Positions 8,165 through 16,850 of a DNA stretch of 27,142 nt are shown here, one piece after another. Both the position numbers and the translations under genes were made by a program. The notes beneath the pieces were generated by a model. That model was not told the DNA's origin. It made no database searches and saw nothing but the letters and a program-made list of their open reading frames with translations. This DNA is from a virus. Lineage: Duplodnaviria > Caudoviricetes. How positions within the stretch are numbered: the stretch's first letter is position 1; the number at the start of each line of letters is the position of its first letter. The stretch spans positions 1 through 27,142 of the IMG/VR virus record IMGVR_UViG_3300025016_000027; one strand, written 5' to 3'.

Positions 8165-8989
8165 ACGGAACTGGCAAAACTGTTGGCAAGCAACCTGAGC
8201 ATGAAGCTTATCAAGTTTGATATGTCAGAGTATCAAGAAAAGCATAGCATCGCAAAACTCATCGGTGCGCCTCCTGGATATGTGGGGTATGAGGATGGTA
8301 ACTTGGGTGGCGGCATCCTTATCAGTGAGCTTGAAAAACACCCCAACTCAATCATCTTGTTCGACGAGATTGAAAAAGCTCACCCTGATGTCACTAACAT
8401 CCTGTTGTCGTTGATGGATGAAGGAGTAGTTACCTCAAGCAATGGCAAAAAGGCTGATGCGCGGAACACTATCGTTATTTTAACATCCAACTTGGGTGCT
8501 GCTGACAACGAGCGTAATACGATTGGGTTTGGTCGTGACTTACAAAAATCTGACGAGGATGACAAGGCTATTAAAGAGTTCTTCAAGCCAGAGTTTAGAA
8601 ACCGACTCGACGGAATCTGTAAGTTTACCAGCTTGTCACCAGAAAGCATTAGAAAAGTTGTGTTCAAGTTCATGGCTGAAGTTGATGAGCTACTACTTGA
8701 CAAAAAGATTACTCTCAAGTTGACGGATGCTGTAGTAGATAAGTTGGCCAAAGAGGGGTTCGACTCTAAAATGGGTGCTCGGCCAATGGCGCGGACTATT
8801 AGCAGTTTGATCAAAGTGCCACTAAGTAAGAAGATCTTGTTTGAAAACATCCCTGCAAACTCTGTTATTACTGCTGATCTCGTAGACGATAAGATCACTT
8901 TCGCTGTATCAACGCTTATTGTAGTCCCTGAAACTTTTGCGATAGGTGTCGATACTGGAGTTGGAGCAGATGGAGTCATTCGTGTTTAA
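7754..8989 (+). CDS. clpA: ClpA C-terminal fragment (rest of D2) preceded by a 137-aa C-intein
   Basis: After HN the sequence resumes TELAK..., FDMSEYQEKH, LIGAPPGYVGY, Walker B IILFDEIEKAHP, TSNLG, IGF loop, FKPEFRNRLD, MGARP. True start 7754 (SD present), not 7616. Confidence 0.92.
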   Translation: MIATTLPIGKLFEIFEQYEKIKFDPGTEQFLNSPVKIQDENNNWIDVPAAITKIDTGLQVTFSNGDIIRGAAKHLISIGKKCVFLKDLTIGESITKASGEIIHVTSISETDDTIFYDLSVNSDTHLYQTANGIVHHNTELAKLLASNLSMKLIKFDMSEYQEKHSIAKLIGAPPGYVGYEDGNLGGGILISELEKHPNSIILFDEIEKAHPDVTNILLSLMDEGVVTSSNGKKADARNTIVILTSNLGAADNERNTIGFGRDLQKSDEDDKAIKEFFKPEFRNRLDGICKFTSLSPESIRKVVFKFMAEVDELLLDKKITLKLTDAVVDKLAKEGFDSKMGARPMARTISSLIKVPLSKKILFENIPANSVITADLVDDKITFAVSTLIVVPETFAIGVDTGVGADGVIRV

Positions 8990-9674
8990 AAAATATGAAA
9001 GTGAGGGTAAAATCCTCCCTACTACTAAACTATTTTACGACAAATATCCTTTTAAAGTGAGAGCGGTGACGGGCATTTTGTTGAGCTCGTATAAATGGTT
9101 ATTCAAGAGGCGGACCAATGGTCAGTTCGTCGAAGGGGTTAAACAGTTGTATCGGGCTAGATACACTAACAACTATGGAATTCCCTCAGATGAAATAATA
9201 GCAGATACTTATAACTTAATGAAGTTTGTTTACACTGAAGATAAGAAATTCAAAGTGAGAATAGAAGGGCAAACTGTTGACATATATACTGAAACCGCAG
9301 CAGGCCTAATTGAAGTCATTGACAATTTATCCAAGTTAACCTCTGTGAAAATAGAAACTGTATGGAAACCGTTGACTACTATAGAAAAAGGTGTTATGCT
9401 GGTTAAAGGAACTCCAAAGTTCCTTCATAAGGCAACAACAAAGGCCCACGCAAAATTTAGCATTGAAGAAAAAGAAGCAGTGTTTAAATATTTGTCCACT
9501 TTTCCTGAATCTGAGGTTAAACTGACTAAGGCAATGATTCGATCACTACAGCGACCAACTCGTTATTCTGACGGGTATTTCTATTTCAATGATCCTTCCA
9601 TTATTACTTTCATAACACTGATGTCACCTTCGTTTGTCAACAAAATTTTCGACTTGGTCGAAATAAAAGGCTAA
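8970..9674 (+). CDS. hypothetical protein
   Basis: Long ORF (TTKLFYDKYPFKV...); start uncertain (8946 or 8970). Confidence 0.75.
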   Translation: MESFVFKKYESEGKILPTTKLFYDKYPFKVRAVTGILLSSYKWLFKRRTNGQFVEGVKQLYRARYTNNYGIPSDEIIADTYNLMKFVYTEDKKFKVRIEGQTVDIYTETAAGLIEVIDNLSKLTSVKIETVWKPLTTIEKGVMLVKGTPKFLHKATTKAHAKFSIEEKEAVFKYLSTFPESEVKLTKAMIRSLQRPTRYSDGYFYFNDPSIITFITLMSPSFVNKIFDLVEIKG

Positions 9675-9677
9675 ATA
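9671..9677 (+). promoter_or_regulatory. late promoter-like motif CTAAATA
   Basis: TAAATA core upstream of the ATG at 9703. Confidence 0.55.
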
Positions 9678-9702
9678 CTCCATAACATAGGATTATAAGA
9701 GT

Positions 9703-9873
9703 ATGGCTAAAATTATTCAAGAAGACATTGTGATCAAACTTAGTAGATTGGCTAAGAACGGTGAAAGCGACCAAGGTTCTCTCATCACAGACGAGCTGGT
9801 AACCACCCTTGAATCCGTTGCCCAAGAGTTACTTGGCGACAGTGTAGTGGTTGAAGTAAATCCAGAAGAATAA
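9703..9873 (+). CDS. small hypothetical protein (56 aa, MAKIIQEDIVIKLSRL...), not in the ORF track
   Basis: ATG after AGGA and a late-promoter motif; fills the gap and overlaps the next ATG (TAATG). Confidence 0.75.
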   Translation: MAKIIQEDIVIKLSRLAKNGESDQGSLITDELVTTLESVAQELLGDSVVVEVNPEE

Positions 9874-10223
9874 TGATCTCATCAATCGTATTTCCATCAT
9901 TGGCAGTGTCTCCTACACGGGTTTATCCGTATGTTAGTGACGCGGTTAAGGGTAGGGGTTACTACAGCACAGGCGGAATGCATGCTGCTCAAGTATCGAC
10001 TTCAAACGGATTCATTGGAATTGTAAAACTTCAAGCAACTCTTGCCGCAAAACCAACTGAAACAGATTGGTTTGATGTTGACGGCAGTATAGTAGGGGAC
10101 GGTGTAACAGCAGTTCCCGATCAAGCGTTGATTATCAACTTCAAAGGCAACTTCGTTTGGGTAAGAGCGGTTATTACCCAATTCACGGCAGGCGAACTCA
10201 ACCGAGTGTTATTTCAAATCTAA
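9873..10223 (+). CDS. hypothetical beta-rich protein (possibly virion-associated)
   Basis: 116-aa ORF; GIVKLQATLA..P...DWFDV and NFKGNFVWVRA segments. Confidence 0.75.
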   Translation: MISSIVFPSLAVSPTRVYPYVSDAVKGRGYYSTGGMHAAQVSTSNGFIGIVKLQATLAAKPTETDWFDVDGSIVGDGVTAVPDQALIINFKGNFVWVRAVITQFTAGELNRVLFQI

Positions 10224-10238
10224 ATCAAACCTCATAAT

Positions 10239-11093
10239 ATGGCTAAAAAACATAACTTTGCTAAAAAAACAGCCGCGGCTGAAAAACCTGGTTCAAATAT
10301 TCAACTTGACGGTAATGCCAAAACGCATACTGATGTAATCAAGCAAATACAGGAGATTCAAGCGCAGCAGGCTAAAGATAATCCCCCAGCACAAGGTGTA
10401 GCATACGATTTTTCCAAGGTGCATCTACACATTGGACTGCCCTGCTACGGTGGGCTGGTATTAGAATCAACAATGACCAGTTTCATCAAGTTTATTCTAA
10501 TGTGCGGTAAGGTTGGACTAAGTTGGTCTCTTGACACTATGACAAACGAGTCTCTCATTACTCGTGGTAGAAACAACTTGATGGCCAAACTTATGACCAA
10601 TGCGGCGGCAACTCATTTTATGTTTATTGACGCAGATATTGAGTTTCAACCAGAGGCTATATTCCAAATGATGGCTGCTGATGTTGACATCATTTCTGGC
10701 CCTTATCCGAAAAAAGCGTATCCTATCGCGTATAATGTAAATCTTAAACCGCAAACAAAGATTCGTGGTCCGTTATATACAGTTGACACCGCAGCAACTG
10801 GATTTTTGATGTTTAAACGTGTGGTGTATGAAAAACTTATTGAAGCTCATCCAACTACAAAATATGTTGATGATGTTGGACTTGGTAAGCAATATGAGCC
10901 TTTTATGTATGCCATCTTTGACTGTTATATTGACGAAAACGGGCACTACTTGAGTGAAGATTGGGCGTTCTGTCGTAGAGCGGCCGCGCTTGGTTACGAT
11001 ATATGGTGTGATAGCAGAGTATTGCTCAATCATACAGGAACTCATACCTTCCGTGGAGATTTGTCGTTAGTCGCTGGGCCAAAAGTTCAGTAA
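10239..11093 (+). CDS. GT-A (family 2-like) glycosyltransferase
   Basis: IGLPCY, ESLITRGRN, HFMFIDADI (DxD), G.YPKK, TGFLMFKR, SEDWAFCRR, L.H.G. Confidence 0.8.
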   Translation: MAKKHNFAKKTAAAEKPGSNIQLDGNAKTHTDVIKQIQEIQAQQAKDNPPAQGVAYDFSKVHLHIGLPCYGGLVLESTMTSFIKFILMCGKVGLSWSLDTMTNESLITRGRNNLMAKLMTNAAATHFMFIDADIEFQPEAIFQMMAADVDIISGPYPKKAYPIAYNVNLKPQTKIRGPLYTVDTAATGFLMFKRVVYEKLIEAHPTTKYVDDVGLGKQYEPFMYAIFDCYIDENGHYLSEDWAFCRRAAALGYDIWCDSRVLLNHTGTHTFRGDLSLVAGPKVQ

Positions 11094-11096
11094 TGA

Positions 11097-11666
11097 ATGA
11101 AAATCAACGAAATAGAATACGGGCATTGGAACTCACCATCTTGGGCAGAAGGTGAACCACGCCCTGACGCTATGTTCGTTGGTGAGTTTGATAGTTACAA
11201 AATATACAATCAAGACGATTACTATTTCGTTCCTGACAGCGATTTCTCCTATCTTGGATATGTTAAAGTAGAAGAGACTGGCGAGTTTCGTGAGCTCTAT
11301 GTTCCCGAGAAAAACAGGCGGCGCGGCATTGCTAGCAGCATTGTTCTGTTTATTGTTCGTGAGTTAAACTCACTGCTCACCCTAACTGCTAGCGAGATTG
11401 TCACAGACGATTCTCGCAGTGTGTTTTATGCGTTGGCGCAGGCCGGGAAGATTAGCATAACTGAAAAAGGATTAGTGCTCACTAAGGATCAAATATCACA
11501 GTTATTCACTGATATTTCTGGCAATAATCGTGAGTTAGTTATAGAATCGCAGAAAAAGAAAAAGTCGACTACTTGTAACGAGTTGGTTAACCCAGTGACT
11601 GGGGAAGCAGTAGTAGAATCTATCTACTTTGGGCCAAGGTGTAGGCCAACATCTTGGTTTGATTGA
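11097..11666 (+). CDS. putative GNAT acetyltransferase
   Basis: LYVPEKNRRRGIAS acetyl-CoA-binding motif A; N-terminus MKINEI. Confidence 0.65.
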   Translation: MKINEIEYGHWNSPSWAEGEPRPDAMFVGEFDSYKIYNQDDYYFVPDSDFSYLGYVKVEETGEFRELYVPEKNRRRGIASSIVLFIVRELNSLLTLTASEIVTDDSRSVFYALAQAGKISITEKGLVLTKDQISQLFTDISGNNRELVIESQKKKKSTTCNELVNPVTGEAVVESIYFGPRCRPTSWFD

Positions 11667-11671
11667 CCGAG

Positions 11672-11679
11672 CATAAATA
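11672..11679 (+). promoter_or_regulatory. late promoter-like motif CATAAATA
   Basis: Upstream of the GGAG SD and ATG at 11701. Confidence 0.6.
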
Positions 11680-11700
11680 CATAATATTCAACGGAGTTTT

Positions 11701-14073
11701 ATGTTTTTAGGCAGTTTATTTGAGAATAAAATACAGCGTCCAGTTAAAGTGATTTATCCTGGCAGGTTCGAACCTTGGCATTCTGGTCATGCCGCTGTCT
11801 ATCAGCACCTTGTCAAGAACTATGGCTCTGACAATGTGTTTATCGTGACAAGCAACAAAACAGACTCAGACAGATCTCCATTCTCGTTTGATGAGAAGAG
11901 ACAGATGATGGTGCTAACTGGGATAAGTGCGTCCAAAGTGGTTCAATCAACTCAGCCATATCGAGCAATGGAGATTGTTTCAACTTTATCCCCTAACACT
12001 GTGCTACTGTTCGCAGTTAGTGCCAAGGACATGGCTGAAGACCCCCGCTTTAGTTTCGCTCCAAAGAAGGATGGCTCGCCTAGCTATTTTCAACCCTTCA
12101 AGGATCTTGCGTCTTGTCAAGGGTTAGACAAAGCAGCCTACATGATCACCGTCCCTACCTTCGAGTTCACTGTGCTGGGCAAGCCAGCAACCAGTGCGTC
12201 GCAGATTCGTGCCCAGTTTGCGGCTGCTGATGAAAACACACAGAAAAAGATCGTAGCCGATTTGTTTGGCAAGTTTGACAACAATGTTTACTCCATTATG
12301 CGTTCCAAGTTGGGGCAAAAAACTGTCTCTGAAAGTAAACTTATTAAAGATGAGTTTACTGTAACTGATTTTAAAATAGCACGGTTTGAGTCATGGGCTG
12401 ATTACACTAGATTCTTGTCTAGCCCAAAGTCATCTAAACGAGACACTGTTTGGAGTTGGCCATCTGGTGTTGCCAAGTTATTATCTCCAAGTAAAAGTGG
12501 ATTGTTGTCGGAATCTAAACGCACAAAGGATGATCGTGCGATCGCTCAACAGTTTTCTACTAGATTTAAACAACTAGATCATCGTGACGCAATAGTTATT
12601 AAAAAAGGTAACTCAATAAGTGTGTTATCATCAATATTAGATCTAGATAAAAAATCAGTTGAAATACGTGGATTTGTTACCCCTAAAAAAATAGCAGCAA
12701 TCAACACAAATAATGATGGCTCTATAGATGTAATCGAGTTTGACGATGGCTCTCAATTTCCAGAGCGGAATGAACTTACTAATGTACTAGGTAAAGATAT
12801 CACCAACACAATATTTTTTGCTAACGAGGGCGAATCTACTAGAGCATATACTGAGATCTGGATGATGATGACAAGAATAGAAGGTAATGGATGGGAAATA
12901 AATAATCAACTGTCAGAATCTGAGATAACTGATACAACACAAGGAAAAAATATGACAAATCTAAAAGAATACGCTAACGATGCTGAATATTATGAATCGT
13001 TCGAGCAATGGCAAAAAGATGTTCGCCGATTTGGTGGCGACTACGAGCATGGTGGCGACGGATGCTACTATGCCCATGGCATTGACGGAGAAAGTATTGG
13101 CCGGTGGGACGAGCGCACTGGCGAGGGATGGATTGATCCCAGCGGTGATCACGAATATATGGGCAGCAATGATTCGTTGGGCGAAGAAAGTGTTGATGAA
13201 GGTCGTTTTGTTAAAGGCCCAGGTGGTGTTCCGTTGGATCGTCGAGGTAATGCCATTCCTCCAAAAGTAGATGCACCAAAAGCACCACGTGCGCCAGCAG
13301 GTCCACGTCGTGACAGCAATGGGTTGACCAAAGACGACTACAGCAAAGTATGGCGCAAGATTGAAGATGTAGTGAGCAATATTTTCCCAGACGGTGATCC
13401 TATCGATTGGCTTGCTCCTTGGTTAAAGAAGTCAGGTATTCAAGATTACCATGTTGGCGAAGTATTAGACAAAGCATGCAGGATGAACGGCTACAAAGAC
13501 ATGTATGAGTATTACAACTCGTTTAAAACTGCTGACTATGGTTATAATGAAAGTGTTGGTGAAAGTTTAGGCGGTGTTCCGTGGGGAACACCGCAAAAGC
13601 CCACCTCTGCCCATCAGAAAGAACTCGCCCGTAAGCGTATGGAGTATGAAAAATCACTTAACCAGCAGCAAGCCAAACGTGGAGAAACTTACCATAGCGG
13701 CAATGCGGTCGTGACGAAACCTCGAGTTGGTGAGGAACAAGTGAACGAACTTAGTGTTGATTCTCTTAAAAACTACGCATCAGCAGCGAATAGGAATCGC
13801 ACAAAAGTTACTCAGCAGCAGCAAGGCAAGTATGATCCAAGAGTAGTTAACAAGATGGATCGTCGCGCAGAGTTCGCTATGAGAGCTTACAATAAAGCAG
13901 GGTTAGATAAGTTGCTTGCCAAGACAGAATCACTGGTCGCTAACCTCAAACAGCATACCGCCAACGGTGATCGTGTTGCAGTTGCTGAATGTTTGACTCA
14001 GTTGAAACCACTATTCAACAAGTTAAACGAATCACAGAAGAAAATAGTGTCAGAATCATTGAAGAAAATTTAA
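11701..14073 (+). CDS. modular protein: N-terminal HxGH nucleotidyl/cytidylyltransferase-like domain plus several unrelated modules
   Basis: IYPGRFEPWHSGH, SPFSFDEK, SASQIR; the remainder is segmented by hydrophobic-x-E motifs. Confidence 0.8.
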   Translation: MFLGSLFENKIQRPVKVIYPGRFEPWHSGHAAVYQHLVKNYGSDNVFIVTSNKTDSDRSPFSFDEKRQMMVLTGISASKVVQSTQPYRAMEIVSTLSPNTVLLFAVSAKDMAEDPRFSFAPKKDGSPSYFQPFKDLASCQGLDKAAYMITVPTFEFTVLGKPATSASQIRAQFAAADENTQKKIVADLFGKFDNNVYSIMRSKLGQKTVSESKLIKDEFTVTDFKIARFESWADYTRFLSSPKSSKRDTVWSWPSGVAKLLSPSKSGLLSESKRTKDDRAIAQQFSTRFKQLDHRDAIVIKKGNSISVLSSILDLDKKSVEIRGFVTPKKIAAINTNNDGSIDVIEFDDGSQFPERNELTNVLGKDITNTIFFANEGESTRAYTEIWMMMTRIEGNGWEINNQLSESEITDTTQGKNMTNLKEYANDAEYYESFEQWQKDVRRFGGDYEHGGDGCYYAHGIDGESIGRWDERTGEGWIDPSGDHEYMGSNDSLGEESVDEGRFVKGPGGVPLDRRGNAIPPKVDAPKAPRAPAGPRRDSNGLTKDDYSKVWRKIEDVVSNIFPDGDPIDWLAPWLKKSGIQDYHVGEVLDKACRMNGYKDMYEYYNSFKTADYGYNESVGESLGGVPWGTPQKPTSAHQKELARKRMEYEKSLNQQQAKRGETYHSGNAVVTKPRVGEEQVNELSVDSLKNYASAANRNRTKVTQQQQGKYDPRVVNKMDRRAEFAMRAYNKAGLDKLLAKTESLVANLKQHTANGDRVAVAECLTQLKPLFNKLNESQKKIVSESLKKI

Positions 14074-14074
14074 C

Positions 14075-14353
14075 ATGTCAGAAACCTTACTAACCCCCGT
14101 AACTACCCTAACCATTACTGCCGATATTCATGGAGACGAGCAAGGTGAAAACTACAGGCTTTACATCAACAGCATACTGATGACTGAGCGAACCTTTAAG
14201 TGGAAGGTAGGTGAGCAGTTCATTACTGAAAATATGTCCATCACTGTCCCGCCCGGTGAGTATAGTATCTATGTGACCCCGTCAAGTTTCTTTAAACTGA
14301 GCAATGTAAAAATCAACGGTGTAGAATCACCGCCAACCTTTAAGATTGACTAA
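14075..14353 (+). CDS. hypothetical protein
   Basis: 92-aa ORF packed between neighbouring genes (YRLYIN..LMTERTF.W). Confidence 0.75.
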   Translation: MSETLLTPVTTLTITADIHGDEQGENYRLYINSILMTERTFKWKVGEQFITENMSITVPPGEYSIYVTPSSFFKLSNVKINGVESPPTFKID

Positions 14354-14356
14354 ATA
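14350..14356 (+). promoter_or_regulatory. late promoter-like motif CTAAATA
   Basis: Upstream of the GGAG SD and ATG at 14378. Confidence 0.55.
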
Positions 14357-14377
14357 CAGAGTATATCGGAGTAAAGT

Positions 14378-14554
14378 ATGAAATCAACTGAATTTTTAAA
14401 CTATCAGAAAGATAAGGCAAATAAGCCAATCACTTCTGAAGATGCATCTAGCGGCGCAAGTTGCTCGTCATCAGTTGCCGCAGGTCCGGCGGGGAGTTTG
14501 TTTGCCCCGATTAAAAGAACTAAACCTACTAAAAAGAAAGCAAAAAATGCGTAA
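14378..14554 (+). CDS. small basic hypothetical protein (58 aa, MKSTEFLNY...), not in the ORF track
   Basis: GGAG SD, late-promoter motif, stop overlapping the next start. Confidence 0.7.
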   Translation: MKSTEFLNYQKDKANKPITSEDASSGASCSSSVAAGPAGSLFAPIKRTKPTKKKAKNA

Positions 14555-16847
14555 ACTACTCGAAAGCCTCGACACAATTGTTGACGGAAACCCCGTTAAA
14601 ACTGGTAACAAGATTGAAAAACCCAAGTCAGATGGGAAGTTTTTGGGTAATCCCTATCGTCGCAGCAACAGCAGCAAACCCAAGGCCAAATCTCCAGAAG
14701 ATTTATCTGCTCAGTTTGAAGATTATGTTAAAAACAAAGCAGTGCCCGATTCAAAGAAAGAATATCGCTTAGTTAAAAAAGACGGGGCGTTTGCTGTTGT
14801 TGATGAAAAAGGAGTTCAAGTAACTTCAGGTAACAAAACAGATTGCGACAGATATATTAGCAAAAAGAAAGCTGAACTGAACGATGCTAAATTAGATGAA
14901 GGCAAAGCAGAGTTAAAAACTGAGTTAGACAAAGTAAATGCTCAAATGGCATTATCCCATCCGTCTCGCCAAAATCCAAACTCTCCGACTACTGATAAAT
15001 ATTTTGCACTCAAGAAGCGTAAAGATGATGCCATTACTCAACTAAAAGCAAAGCCTGTAACAGAAGGTAAAGAAGAGTCGCAAAAGAAGATTGAAGATAC
15101 TATACTCAATCTTGAACAACGATTGAAGTTTACTAAAACACCAGAACAATATGACAGAATAAGTGCCCGTATTGATAGATTACACTCTGGGTTAACTCGA
15201 AGCAAGAGAGGGTTGGATCGTAAGGATGACAAAATTGATGAGGGGTCAACTACTAAGGAAAAGCAAAAACGTCCATATAAAACTATGGTGCAGCATGTAG
15301 AGGCAGGCAAAGAATACGGCGCAAAGGTAGCTGCAGACAAGAAGGCGAAAGAAGCAGAGAAGATTGGTAAAAAGAAAACTAACGAATCAGCAGACCCAGC
15401 AGGTAGCTGGATTGTATACCGCAGTGCGACAGATTTTAAAAAGTTCCCTACTTATAAAGCAGCATGCTCATTCCAAAGTAAGTGGAGTGAGCGTGGATAT
15501 AAAGTAGCGAGCAGCGAGTGGTTTAACGATAAAATGAAGCCACAAGGGCAGGTTGACGAGGCGCGGGGCGATACGATTGAAGCGCACGGTATTCGCGGAA
15601 TGGAACGCAAACCTTGGCGTCGCACATTTAAAAATGTAGAGCAGATGGAAGCCTGGTGTGAAAAATACGATGCTGAAGTGTATGCTACCCGTGACACTGA
15701 TGCTGCAGCACAGGGCAAACTTGCTCCAGCGATGAGTGGAAAGACTGTTGATGAAGGTATTGCTGACAAAGTTAGGTCCAAGAATTACGAGCGTTTAGCA
15801 AAGCGTTCAGCTGACAAGGCCAGTGATGCATATGCCAAAGCATCAGCATATAATATTGCTGATGTTGTCAATCGTGGCCCACATGAAGACGAGTTTTTGT
15901 CGCAAATGGATAAAAAAATTCAACGTAGCAAAAAGGCCGATTCACTAAAGGAGTGGTCAGAGCTAGAACAATTTGATGAAGGTATTGCTGACTCCATCAA
16001 ACGTGGTGTTAAGAGTGTTACCCGCGGTTTACAGGGTTGGGATAAAAACAGCATAGGGCCGAATGGTGAAGAATTAGGTAACCCCACAGACATCTTAAAA
16101 CGTAATAGAGGTTACAGTGACGAAAAAGTGAAGAACCTTCATCACGTTACTACCACAAATAAAGCTCGGAATCATACCCCGGGTGATTTGCAACAACGTA
16201 TATTAGATCGCGAAATGAAGAAACGTGGCTTAGGTGAAGATGTCAAGAAGTCAGTGAACCGTGATTTATGGGATCGCATTAACTCTCGCGGCACAGTACC
16301 AAGTATTGACCGTGAACGCTATATTGACCTGTCAGGTGAAGGATTAGAAGGGCCATTCCGTGGTAAAAACGGTCAAGTTCTTTACTATGACCCAAAAGTT
16401 GGCAAATATTACAACCGCGACAGCGATATGTATGTTGACCATGGATTAGATGAGACAAAGTTAGCTGAAGGTAAAGCAGATAAGCTCTCTAAAATGCGCA
16501 GTATGTTAGACAAGTTGTCTGCTGCATTGGTGCAAACAAAGAAGTCACTAAGTGGCAAACAAGGTGTAGTGGACGAAGAAATGCCAGTTGTCCCAACGGG
16601 TGTAAAAACTGCGATGCCAGCGCAACCAGCGCAACCAGCTCAGCCAGCGCAACCAGCAACGACTGCACTGCCAGCAAGTTCAGCACCAGCAGGAACTCCA
16701 GGAGCACCTGGCACCCCTCTACCAGCGCAAGGCAATAACAATGCTGCTACGACACCTGGCGATATGGTTAAAGGGTTAGTTCAAACACTGGCACAAAATC
16801 CAGCCGCAGCTAAACAGTTAGGAACAAAACTCTCTACTATTAGGTAA
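14547..16847 (+). CDS. large charged modular protein (putative head-internal polyprotein)
   Basis: 766 aa from MRKLLES; many [LVIF]-x-E-[GAS] junctions; PAQ-rich tail. The track start at 14442 overlaps the small upstream ORF. Confidence 0.8.
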   Translation: MRKLLESLDTIVDGNPVKTGNKIEKPKSDGKFLGNPYRRSNSSKPKAKSPEDLSAQFEDYVKNKAVPDSKKEYRLVKKDGAFAVVDEKGVQVTSGNKTDCDRYISKKKAELNDAKLDEGKAELKTELDKVNAQMALSHPSRQNPNSPTTDKYFALKKRKDDAITQLKAKPVTEGKEESQKKIEDTILNLEQRLKFTKTPEQYDRISARIDRLHSGLTRSKRGLDRKDDKIDEGSTTKEKQKRPYKTMVQHVEAGKEYGAKVAADKKAKEAEKIGKKKTNESADPAGSWIVYRSATDFKKFPTYKAACSFQSKWSERGYKVASSEWFNDKMKPQGQVDEARGDTIEAHGIRGMERKPWRRTFKNVEQMEAWCEKYDAEVYATRDTDAAAQGKLAPAMSGKTVDEGIADKVRSKNYERLAKRSADKASDAYAKASAYNIADVVNRGPHEDEFLSQMDKKIQRSKKADSLKEWSELEQFDEGIADSIKRGVKSVTRGLQGWDKNSIGPNGEELGNPTDILKRNRGYSDEKVKNLHHVTTTNKARNHTPGDLQQRILDREMKKRGLGEDVKKSVNRDLWDRINSRGTVPSIDRERYIDLSGEGLEGPFRGKNGQVLYYDPKVGKYYNRDSDMYVDHGLDETKLAEGKADKLSKMRSMLDKLSAALVQTKKSLSGKQGVVDEEMPVVPTGVKTAMPAQPAQPAQPAQPATTALPASSAPAGTPGAPGTPLPAQGNNNAATTPGDMVKGLVQTLAQNPAAAKQLGTKLSTIR
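15748..15992 (+). repeat. 20-bp direct repeat TTGATGAAGGTATTGCTGAC (15748-15767 and 15973-15992)
   Basis: Two exact copies, each encoding DEGIAD. Confidence 0.85.
16617..16658 (+). repeat. 9-bp tandem repeat CCAGCGCAA (PAQ)
   Basis: Four or more copies in a Pro/Ala-rich linker. Confidence 0.85.
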
Positions 16848-16850
16848 TTT

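Noticed and set aside
8380-8979. Long antisense ORFs (also 23998-24600, 25015-25599, 78-386)
   Set aside because: Shadows of well-supported genes on the opposite strand, with no SD or motifs.
14442-14546. Track start of the 801-aa ORF
   Set aside because: Overlaps a better-supported small ORF (14378-14554); MRKLLES at 14547 is the more plausible start.
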